Of a DNA stretch of 32,000 nucleotides, positions 19,274-28,671 are shown one piece after another. Source of the stretch: Candidatus Methanoperedens sp. (GTDB lineage Archaea > Halobacteriota > Methanosarcinia > Methanosarcinales > Methanoperedenaceae). Made by a program: the position numbers and the translations under genes. How positions within the stretch are numbered: the first letter of the stretch is position 1; the number at the start of each line of letters is the position of its first letter. The notes beneath the pieces are model-generated. The model did no database searches. It was given only the letters and a program-made list of their open reading frames with translations, and was not told the origin of the DNA. The stretch spans positions 29,503 through 61,502 of the forward strand of contig JBAZOV010000006.1 of assembly GCA_041648475.1 (NCBI GenBank), written 5' to 3'.

Positions 19274-19864
19274 ATGCCGGCAGGAGATACGATAATAACT
19301 ATTTCGGATGTGCTTGAATACCTTTTCTGCCCGCGTTTTATTTATTTCATGCATTGTCTTGACATCCCGCAGAATGAGGGATCAAGGTTCAAGGTCATAA
19401 AAGGCAGAGAAGTGCATGATGAAAAACGAATTACAAACACCGAATACCTGAGAAAGAAGCTTGGCGTTGTCAAAAAAGAAATTAATGTTTTCATAGCCTC
19501 GAAAAACCACCATATCAAAGGGATCGTGGATGAGATCCTTTTCCTGGATGATGGAACTGCGGCACCTTTTGAATATAAGTATGCTGAATTCAAGGATACT
19601 ATATTCCAGACTTATAAATTCCAGCTTGTGCTTCATGCAATGATGATCAAAGAGAACTATAATATCGATGTAAAAAAAGGTTTCATCTGTTTCACAAGAA
19701 GCAATAATCATATAGAAGAAATTGTTTTTACAGAAAAAGACTTCAAGAAAGGCATCGAGATCATTGATGAAATCCTTGAGATCATTGACAAAGGCTTTTA
19801 TCCGGGAAAGTCCAAATATAAGAATAAGTGCATTGATTGCTGTTACAGCAACATCTGTGTCTGA
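19274..19864 (+). CDS. cas4: Cas4 (RecB-like nuclease with Fe-S Cys cluster)
   Basis: 196 aa with N-terminal 'CPRFIYF', D-EYK nuclease core ('VDEILFLDDG...PFEYKY') and C-terminal 'CIDCCYSNIC'. Confidence 0.9.
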   Translation: MPAGDTIITISDVLEYLFCPRFIYFMHCLDIPQNEGSRFKVIKGREVHDEKRITNTEYLRKKLGVVKKEINVFIASKNHHIKGIVDEILFLDDGTAAPFEYKYAEFKDTIFQTYKFQLVLHAMMIKENYNIDVKKGFICFTRSNNHIEEIVFTEKDFKKGIEIIDEILEIIDKGFYPGKSKYKNKCIDCCYSNICV

Positions 19865-19972
19865 TTTTCTTGTCTTTAAATACTAATCTATAATTTTGCA
19901 GCAAGAAATCCAACCGCAAAAACTAAGCCCTATTAACACCTATTTTGCCTTAAACAGGTGAAAATCTGTGGT
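19865..19972 (+). promoter_or_regulatory. CRISPR leader with TATA-like boxes (TTTAAATA 19875-19882, TCTATAAT 19887-19894)
   Basis: AT-rich 108-nt spacer between the cas4 stop and repeat 1. The degenerate terminal repeat sits at the opposite end of the array. Confidence 0.6.
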
Positions 19973-22900
19973 ATTCGAGAGGCACATCCACTAAAACAAG
20001 GATTGAAACACCAATAATTCTTCGATATCATGTTATCATCCCCATATTCGAGAGGCACATCCACTAAAACAAGGATTGAAACCAGTTGAAGCAATAGTTG
20101 TATTTACAACGTTTGAAATTCGAGAGGCACATCCACTAAAACAAGGATTGAAACCAAAGTCGAGTCATTCACGCATAGCGTGGGCTTGATTCGAGAGGCA
20201 CATCCACTAAAACAAGGATTGAAACTTTGTTTCTGGATCTCTTCTATAACTTGAGCTTCAATTCGAGAGGCACATCCACTAAAACAAGGATTGAAACATT
20301 ATGTTCATGCTTTCATACCCCCCTTAAATCAACATTCGAGAGGCACATCCACTAAAACAAGGATTGAAACGTCATAAGTATTTCAAGATGCCTGATGGCT
20401 TTGAAGAATTCGAGAGGCACATCCACTAAAACAAGGATTGAAACCGAGCTAAGGAACCACGGCGACTCAGGAGGATACGATTCGAGAGGCACATCCACTA
20501 AAACAAGGATTGAAACCATACACCCCACACATTTGTGTTTCATGCCAGCATATTCGAGAGGCACATCCACTAAAACAAGGATTGAAACTCGATACCAACC
20601 AATGTCCGGAGTTTAAACCCCTTAATTCGAGAGGCACATCCACTAAAACAAGGATTGAAACTTTGTTTCTGGATCTCTTCTATAACTTGAGCTTCAATAA
20701 TTCGAGAGGCACATCCACTAAAACAAGGATTGAAACCAACGACAGCCAGTGATGTTTTATTGGACTCCGCTATTCGAGAGGCACATCCACTAAAACAAGG
20801 ATTGAAACCGAGCTAAGGAACCACGGCGACTCAGGAGGATACGCGAATTCGAGAGGCACATCCACTAAAACAAGGATTGAAACTCATTCATGCTTTCACC
20901 TCGATCTTAACCTGCTGACATTCGAGAGGCACATCCACTAAAACAAGGATTGAAACATCGGATTAATCCCTCTTTCATTGTTTGTACCTCCAATTCGAGA
21001 GGCACATCCACTAAAACAAGGATTGAAACATCGGGACGGCATGTTGACATGGGTTCGACTCCCAATTCGAGAGGCACATCCACTAAAACAAGGATTGAAA
21101 CAGAGGTTTGTGGCTTGCGTGTGGCCTAAGTCATTCACAGATTCGAGAGGCACATCCACTAAAACAAGGATTGAAACTATCTTCAATGAAGCTAAGAAGC
21201 AACAAGGGGAAGAATTCGAGAGGCACATCCACTAAAACAAGGATTGAAACTAAATTAAATTTACATCGTCTGATAATGATATACATTCGAGAGGCACATC
21301 CACTAAAACAAGGATTGAAACATCTCAAAGAAAGGAAAAAGAAATCGTGAGATTATAATTCGAGAGGCACATCCACTAAAACAAGGATTGAAACCATGGA
21401 TGCAGTCAGGCGATCAGAAGTTTTCATCATATTCGAGAGGCACATCCACTAAAACAAGGATTGAAACTCCCTATACGCCCCTTGTAGCGATGCTGACCGG
21501 GTATTCGAGAGGCACATCCACTAAAACAAGGATTGAAACCATTTGAGCCGTAAACGCTTATGTTTGAAGTTGCGTATTCGAGAGGCACATCCACTAAAAC
21601 AAGGATTGAAACATATTTGGTGTTGAATTGACAAAAAGTAATGATGTATTCGAGAGGCACATCCACTAAAACAAGGATTGAAACATTAGTATCGAGGGCG
21701 GTGCAACTTTAGCTACAAAATTCGAGAGGCACATCCACTAAAACAAGGATTGAAACTTTAACCTCCTCATAATAAGAGTATTTTGCGTTTTAAATTCGAG
21801 AGGCACATCCACTAAAACAAGGATTGAAACTATGGGCGCGACCAGTTGCCAGTATAATCGAACAGAATTCGAGAGGCACATCCACTAAAACAAGGATTGA
21901 AACAGTAATTCCTCTGGGAACAGCGGAGTAAATCCCGATTATTCGAGAGGCACATCCACTAAAACAAGGATTGAAACAACGGATATTGCAGATACCGAGC
22001 GGGAGATCCGGGATTCGAGAGGCACATCCACTAAAACAAGGATTGAAACGAAAAGAACCACGATACACCACCTCCCAAGCCCTCTATTCGAGAGGCACAT
22101 CCACTAAAACAAGGATTGAAACTCAGTATGCTCTTCATGTGGTATTAAGACTGATATATTCGAGAGGCACATCCACTAAAACAAGGATTGAAACCTGATG
22201 ATGTTGGGGATATTAAAGACAAGCTGACAAGATTCGAGAGGCACATCCACTAAAACAAGGATTGAAACTTTATAGCAGTAGCGACTAATAATTCACAGTC
22301 ACATTCGAGAGGCACATCCACTAAAACAAGGATTGAAACTGCCAGTCATGCGCTAACAATGAAGATGCAAGTATATTCGAGAGGCACATCCACTAAAACA
22401 AGGATTGAAACTTCTATTGATAGGGGGCATTCTTGGAACGCTATATATTCGAGAGGCACATCCACTAAAACAAGGATTGAAACCCTGTTGAGCGTTACCT
22501 TCGCTACTAATGCTGTATATTCGAGAGGCACATCCACTAAAACAAGGATTGAAACCTATAATATGATAACGAGGCTGCATCTACTTGTGTTGATTCGAGA
22601 GGCACATCCACTAAAACAAGGATTGAAACTCTGTATATACTAATGATGTGGCCGTAACTTCACTATTCGAGAGGCACATCCACTAAAACAAGGATTGAAA
22701 CTTGATGAGAATTTCGAATTTGATATTGAGGTTGAAATTCGAGAGGCACATCCACTAAAACAAGGATTGAAACTTTGATCTTCTGGTTTCATATTTGCTC
22801 CAAAAATTTATTCGAGAGGCACATCCACTAAAACAAGGATTGAAACAGCATCGTTCGCTGAAGGTGCCTGATAAAATAGAATTCGAGAGGCACATCCACT

Positions 22901-24516
22901 AAAACAAGGATTGAAACACAGCGTATACTCGTATCAGGAGGAATAGAGAATGGTATTCGAGAGGCACATCCACTAAAACAAGGATTGAAACAATATATAA
23001 TACTGATGGAACAAAATATGCTGCGCTTGAATTCGAGAGGCACATCCACTAAAACAAGGATTGAAACTCATGACGGCTCAAATGAAAGATGATTATATTG
23101 TATTCGAGAGGCACATCCACTAAAACAAGGATTGAAACTTGACGGCTAAAATCAAGCTGTCAGTAATCTCTTTTATTCGAGAGGCACATCCACTAAAACA
23201 AGGATTGAAACATTCACTGCGTCAACAGCTTCAACGTGGGTGAGCTGATTCGAGAGGCACATCCACTAAAACAAGGATTGAAACTAAGTAGAGAGGTAAA
23301 TACTCTATGGTAAAATCAATATTCGAGAGGCACATCCACTAAAACAAGGATTGAAACTTCCAAATTCATTATTTCCATCTATATACTCGTCTAATTCGAG
23401 AGGCACATCCACTAAAACAAGGATTGAAACATTATATCTTTGTCTGTATTATATTGTTCTAAACATATTCGAGAGGCACATCCACTAAAACAAGGATTGA
23501 AACAAAAGAAGTTACTTACCTTAGGTGATATTTCTGTTGAATTCGAGAGGCACATCCACTAAAACAAGGATTGAAACCATGGATTATAATGGGACAGCTT
23601 TCCATTTAGTGAAATTCGAGAGGCACATCCACTAAAACAAGGATTGAAACTATCCGATAGCGAAAATAAGACCTAACCCCTCCATGAATTCGAGAGGCAC
23701 ATCCACTAAAACAAGGATTGAAACTAAAAGCGTTTATTCGAGTACTAAAACCACAATGGAATTCGAGAGGCACATCCACTAAAACAAGGATTGAAACTCT
23801 CATCTTGAAAACTATAAATTAAGAAGATTGTAATTCGAGAGGCACATCCACTAAAACAAGGATTGAAACTCGCTATGGAAAATTGGCTTATTAGAGTAAG
23901 GTCATTCGAGAGGCACATCCACTAAAACAAGGATTGAAACATACTTTGTTGTTATCGTTTCCAACTCCTTCCCAGATTCGAGAGGCACATCCACTAAAAC
24001 AAGGATTGAAACTTTAAAATGTAGATTATCGCAAAGGGTAAACATTATTCGAGAGGCACATCCACTAAAACAAGGATTGAAACCCATTTTATTCCTCCTA
24101 ATTTTACCTTGTTTCAGGATTCGAGAGGCACATCCACTAAAACAAGGATTGAAACAATTAAGCATTGTGAACCTGATAATTCAATAATAGGATTCGAGAG
24201 GCACATCCACTAAAACAAGGATTGAAACGTCATATCTTTCGTTTCTTCGGTGTTTTCTTGCCATATTCGAGAGGCACATCCACTAAAACAAGGATTGAAA
24301 CTTAATAGAACGTGATGAGAATGAAAATAGACAGAAATTCGAGAGGCACATCCACTAAAACAAGGATTGAAACCTTCAAGGCTGATATCGTCGGTTGTCG
24401 CTGCTGGTATTCGAGAGGCACATCCACTAAAACAAGGATTGAAACAAAATAGTATATTGCCATCCGTTGCGGTTGGCGTATTCGAGAGGCACATCCACTA
24501 AAACAAGGATTGAAAT
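19973..24516 (+). CRISPR. CRISPR array: 63 repeats of 37 nt (ATTCGAGAGGCACATCCACTAAAACAAGGATTGAAAC) and 62 spacers of 34-39 nt
   Basis: I walked every repeat start by hand. Repeat plus spacer lengths sum exactly to 4544 nt. The last repeat (24480-24516) ends ...GAAAT instead of ...GAAAC. The ATTGAAAC 3' end gives the canonical 8-nt crRNA 5' handle. From memory, the repeat resembles the Methanosarcina 37-nt repeat family. Confidence 0.98.
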
Positions 24517-24603
24517 AATATTAAATGGAAAATTTTAAATATGATGATATGACAATAGTAAAATCTGAAGGTAATTAACCTTTATATTCTTTAATGGGAT
24601 GGA

Positions 24604-26772
24604 TTGATGGTCGAAGATGAATTAATTCCGGAACTTCATGATATTGGAAAGTTGATTGATTGGGAAACAATTAATCCTGATATCAAAGGACATAATTTCG
24701 AAAACGTGAATATGAATAATATTATTCATATTCAAGAACCATCAAACAAAACTTGGAAAGGTATAAAACTACACCACAAGAAAAGTGGAGATATTGATAT
24801 TTTTATATTAAAGCTTGCAGACCATATAGCATCTGGAATTTCAAGAGCACTTCCCGAAGATGTCAAAGATAGAATTAATCGTATATTTAAATGGGATAAA
24901 ATCCCTGGAACAGATGATGATAAACTTCGGCGTTTCCTTATTGATGAATTGAATATCTCTTGGGCAGATGAATCATCATTTATTAAGAGTTCTGAAAATA
25001 AAATTATACTGTCCTCTAAAGGGAAATTTGTCGATATTACAAGAGACGATATTACAAAAAAAGCCATTTTACGAATTCATGATGGTAGAACCTATGAGTT
25101 AAGTATCCTCAAGAATAAAGAAGACGAGATAGAGATTCATAGACAAAAAATCGATAAGTCTTTTCAAAAGCTATGGAATGAACGACCAAAAAATTCTGAA
25201 TTATTCTCAACAAAAGACCAGTTAAAGGAAATAATCGAGTATATTAAAAAAGACAATTCTGGAGAATTATTCCTTGCAAATGATTTGTTCCATAAAAAAT
25301 TATTATCAACACCTGAAGACCAGATGCCTCCCATGAATATTACCAGTTTATATACTCATTCAAAACTTGTGGGAAAACTTTATTATTTCTTCAAACCATT
25401 GGTTACTGACATTAATTGCGAAAATAATTTATTGCAGTTTAGGTCTTCCGATGAATCAATAAATGTCCAAAATGCTGAAAGAAAATGGGATTTGGGTAGG
25501 AATATAAAAAATGCGGAAACAAATTGGGATATTAAATTATTATATTGTAAGATTAACTTTCCTGATTATCAAGCACGAGTTCGAGATTTAAATATTTTTG
25601 AACTACTAAAAAAGGAATTAGAAAAGTTATCTAAAGCTAAAAATGTAATATTGCAAACATCCGACCAATTCTTAGCATTCCTACCTGTGGATAAAAAAAT
25701 TGATGATTTGGTAAAACCATTTATAGAAAAAGGATTCAATATATATGTGGAAGAAGCCATAACCAAATTACAGGAAGCCACTCCCACCCCAAGAGCTATC
25801 AAACAAAGAAAAATGAACACTGGTCTCTCAATAGATGGAAATAGTAATTTTGATGTCCAATTCTCATGCTATACTAAATACAAATATATGGAGCCATTAA
25901 TAGACCCACATATTTGTGAAATATGCCAGTTAGCTCCTGCATCTGAACCACCATGGATTGATGAAGGACTGGTCGAAAATATTTGTGTATCTTGTCGAAA
26001 AATTAGAGAATATGATGAATCCGTAGCCCCACAATTAAAAGATTGGTATCAAAGCGAACAGCTCTCAAAGGTCGCTTGGATTAAAATTTACTTGGATATT
26101 AATTTATTAAGTGATATTCTTAAAAAACTATACAAATCATATAGTGATAAATACATAAAAGATATAGATTTGAAAGCTGAAATTGAACAGAAAGATTTAT
26201 ACGAATTACATTTCTCTGTCCTTACAGAATTTCAGCAAGATTATGATGATTTCCTAATAGATTTCAATAAAAAAATCGAATACAAATTTAAACTTGAAAA
26301 TATTCAGCCGATTCTTAACGATTTTATTTGCGTAAAAATTGAAAGAACAAGCCAAATAAAAGATATACTTGAAATATACAACCAGCTTTTCACAAATTAT
26401 TTTCCACAATTGAAAGACCAAAAATCTCCAGTTACTCTTTCGATTTCAGTGTCCAATGTAAAATTTGCCTTTTTCAGGCATTGGAAAAACTTTGAAAACC
26501 CAAAAAATGATGTGAATGTAAATCTCATTGGAAGGGGCGAAATGCACCTTTCTTTAAACCTGCTCGAAAAACTAATACACGAGTTCAAAATACCTGCATC
26601 CAAGCAACTGCACAAGCTTGCAAAGATTTCTGAAGCCTCAGAAAAACTGGCAAAAGTTCTTGTTTATGACAGAGGAGATTATAGAGTTTATGAATCGGTC
26701 AGAGTTCTGAGCAATAAGATTGATTTTAAAACAATTCTGACATATGCAAAAATCATGGGGGATGAAGAATGA
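24604..26772 (+). CDS. cas10: Cas10-like large subunit: HD domain intact, cyclase (GGDD) motif absent
   Basis: 722 aa. Motifs in order: 'ELHDIGKL' (H12-D13), 'LKLADHIASGISR', 'ITSLYTHSKLVGKLYYF', 'TSDQFLAFLP', 4-Cys 'CEICQ...CVSCRK', 'VAWIKIYLDINLL'. 'PILNDFICV' sits where GGDD is expected. No GGDD/GGDEF string occurs anywhere in the protein. Confidence 0.8.
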   Translation: MMVEDELIPELHDIGKLIDWETINPDIKGHNFENVNMNNIIHIQEPSNKTWKGIKLHHKKSGDIDIFILKLADHIASGISRALPEDVKDRINRIFKWDKIPGTDDDKLRRFLIDELNISWADESSFIKSSENKIILSSKGKFVDITRDDITKKAILRIHDGRTYELSILKNKEDEIEIHRQKIDKSFQKLWNERPKNSELFSTKDQLKEIIEYIKKDNSGELFLANDLFHKKLLSTPEDQMPPMNITSLYTHSKLVGKLYYFFKPLVTDINCENNLLQFRSSDESINVQNAERKWDLGRNIKNAETNWDIKLLYCKINFPDYQARVRDLNIFELLKKELEKLSKAKNVILQTSDQFLAFLPVDKKIDDLVKPFIEKGFNIYVEEAITKLQEATPTPRAIKQRKMNTGLSIDGNSNFDVQFSCYTKYKYMEPLIDPHICEICQLAPASEPPWIDEGLVENICVSCRKIREYDESVAPQLKDWYQSEQLSKVAWIKIYLDINLLSDILKKLYKSYSDKYIKDIDLKAEIEQKDLYELHFSVLTEFQQDYDDFLIDFNKKIEYKFKLENIQPILNDFICVKIERTSQIKDILEIYNQLFTNYFPQLKDQKSPVTLSISVSNVKFAFFRHWKNFENPKNDVNVNLIGRGEMHLSLNLLEKLIHEFKIPASKQLHKLAKISEASEKLAKVLVYDRGDYRVYESVRVLSNKIDFKTILTYAKIMGDEE

Positions 26773-27797
26773 ATTTCTTTAAGTTTGATTTTAGTTCTGA
26801 ATTGCTCATTCTTGGAGAAAGATTTAAAAAAGGACAGTATCGCCCTGTTATCACAACAATTCCTTATAGCCAGATTACAGGCGCGCTTCAGGCGAAATTT
26901 GGAAACAGCAAAAATGCCGATAAGTCAAAGCAAATCCATGCATGTGGACATTTTTTATATAAAGATGAGGATGAATTCAAGGAGAATCACATTAAGACGC
27001 TCACCTATTCCCCTCGAAACAGGTCAACTGATACCAGTATAATTCCTATTTATACCGAATATCTTCATCGTGTAAAAGGCGAGGTATATCTGAAAGAAAA
27101 TGAAGATGTAAAAGAGATATTATCTCAGAAAGGAGAGATAAGTTTCTGGATGGGCGGATTGAAATCCAAAGGTTTTGGGGAGTGTAAACTAATTAATAAA
27201 GAAATTGTTCCCCGTGCTGATTCCAGAGAAGGTGAATTAAATACCAGATTGCCACTTTTTAAGCTTAATGATGCGAATTTTGAAGCTGGAAAAGAGGAAA
27301 TTGAAAAACTTGTTGAAGAAGGCAAGCCAACCAGATTCTTACATGATGTTTTTGGAATTGAACGGGTGAAAACAGCAAATTTCGGATATCTTTTTGAACC
27401 TACATCAGAAACAGATGGTAAGTATGTGCTTTCATTATTTGAAGGCAGCATAGTTGAAGCGCCAGGATTTTTATTGAAAATAAAGGGTGAAAAAAAGATG
27501 GAAGATCAAACAGAGGATGTTGCCGCAAAGGTTATTGAAGAAATTAAGAAAAATGTAAATATTGAATCTATTAAACAGAGATCAAATAAGTTCCTGAATA
27601 CTGTTGGGGATATTTTCGAAAAGGAAGGTCCAACCATGACCAGGGCATTTTTGAAGGAGAAAAAGAGCAGAAGAGGTATGGAGCAACAGGCAGAAACGCT
27701 TCTTCATGTACTTGGAATCATTGAAAAATATCCATCTATAGACAGAAAAACTGCACGGTTTATAATAAAAAGTTTGATAAGTATAAAGGAGGTTTGA
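26769..27797 (+). CDS. Cas5-like RAMP (Csm4/Cmr3/Csx10-like) with a helical C-terminal extension
   Basis: 342 aa with 'IPYSQITGALQAKFG' and the Gly-rich loop 'GGLKSKGFGECKL'. The last ~100 aa are charged and helical. 4-nt overlap with the cas10-like gene. Confidence 0.6.
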   Translation: MNFFKFDFSSELLILGERFKKGQYRPVITTIPYSQITGALQAKFGNSKNADKSKQIHACGHFLYKDEDEFKENHIKTLTYSPRNRSTDTSIIPIYTEYLHRVKGEVYLKENEDVKEILSQKGEISFWMGGLKSKGFGECKLINKEIVPRADSREGELNTRLPLFKLNDANFEAGKEEIEKLVEEGKPTRFLHDVFGIERVKTANFGYLFEPTSETDGKYVLSLFEGSIVEAPGFLLKIKGEKKMEDQTEDVAAKVIEEIKKNVNIESIKQRSNKFLNTVGDIFEKEGPTMTRAFLKEKKSRRGMEQQAETLLHVLGIIEKYPSIDRKTARFIIKSLISIKEV

Positions 27798-27801
27798 GAA
27801 A

Positions 27802-28605
27802 ATGATTGAACAAAAAGAATATGAAATTGAATTGACAACTTTAGAACCTATTCGAATCGGGGGAATAGCAAATCCCTTATCGGGAATAGATAACCCGATA
27901 GCTCTTGTGGGCAATGAGGTGGTTGTTCCGGGTTCTACCCTCAAAGGTGCTTACCGCTGCGAAATTGAGAGATACCTGATTGATACCTATTTAGATCGTG
28001 TTGCAAAAAAATGGTCGGATAAAAATCTTCAACCTTGCATACCTTCAACAAAGCTTTCTCCTGATGAAAATCAGCTTGTGGTGAATGGGTTATATAGATT
28101 CTATAACTTAATCCCTCCGAAAGGAGGAGATATAGGAGATATCAAAGGAGAAGGCTGTCACTATCCATGCCATGGAAAATGCAACGAACTGCATGAGATT
28201 TGTCCGGTTTGTTATTTCCTCGGGGCAAATGGACTTGAAGGATTCGTAAAGGTGCCTTTTTTGTATGCAAAAACAGCAGTTAATGAACTATATTCGGCAA
28301 ATATTGATCGGGCAATCCAGACTGTAAAACAGGGGACAAACAGACCATACCAATTGGTGCCTGACGGTATTAAATTCACAGGTACCTTGACAGTTATTCT
28401 TAAAGACACTATTAGAGATAGGGAACTTGGAAAAGCGAGAAATCTTAAAGAGTATACTGGAGGAGATGCATGGCTTGCAAAGCCACGGTCAAGAGATGAT
28501 CTCATCAAGGAGTTTATTATTGACCGCTTTGTGAATATAAAAACCATTGGTGGTTACAAGTCAAAGGGATTTGGAAAGGTGGATATAAAAATAAAACAAA
28601 AATGA
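27802..28605 (+). CDS. Cas7 of the Csm3/Cmr4 type (single backbone subunit)
   Basis: 267 aa with 'GIDNPIAL' (D30), 'VPGSTLKGAYR', 'CPVCYFLGANG' and terminal 'GGYKSKGFGKVDI'. Strong AGGAGGT SD. Confidence 0.8.
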   Translation: MIEQKEYEIELTTLEPIRIGGIANPLSGIDNPIALVGNEVVVPGSTLKGAYRCEIERYLIDTYLDRVAKKWSDKNLQPCIPSTKLSPDENQLVVNGLYRFYNLIPPKGGDIGDIKGEGCHYPCHGKCNELHEICPVCYFLGANGLEGFVKVPFLYAKTAVNELYSANIDRAIQTVKQGTNRPYQLVPDGIKFTGTLTVILKDTIRDRELGKARNLKEYTGGDAWLAKPRSRDDLIKEFIIDRFVNIKTIGGYKSKGFGKVDIKIKQK

Positions 28606-28671
28606 AATATAATAATTTATAACTATATATGACTTAGGCGCCATATAGGATCAGTGTAGAACACAAAAAAA

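Noticed and set aside
20352-24494. About twenty ORFs of 60-96 aa on both strands in the ORF track, with recurring peptides such as SRGTSTKTRIET, IREAHPLKQGLK, FNPCFSGCASRI and VSILVLVDVPLE.
   Set aside because: They are translations of the 37-nt CRISPR repeat in different frames, joined by spacers. They are not genes.
24581-24588. TTTATATT upstream of the cas10-like gene, considered as a dedicated TATA box.
   Set aside because: It is plausible (about 20 nt before the start codon), but the whole trailer is AT-rich and read-through from the array is equally likely. It is not reported as a feature.
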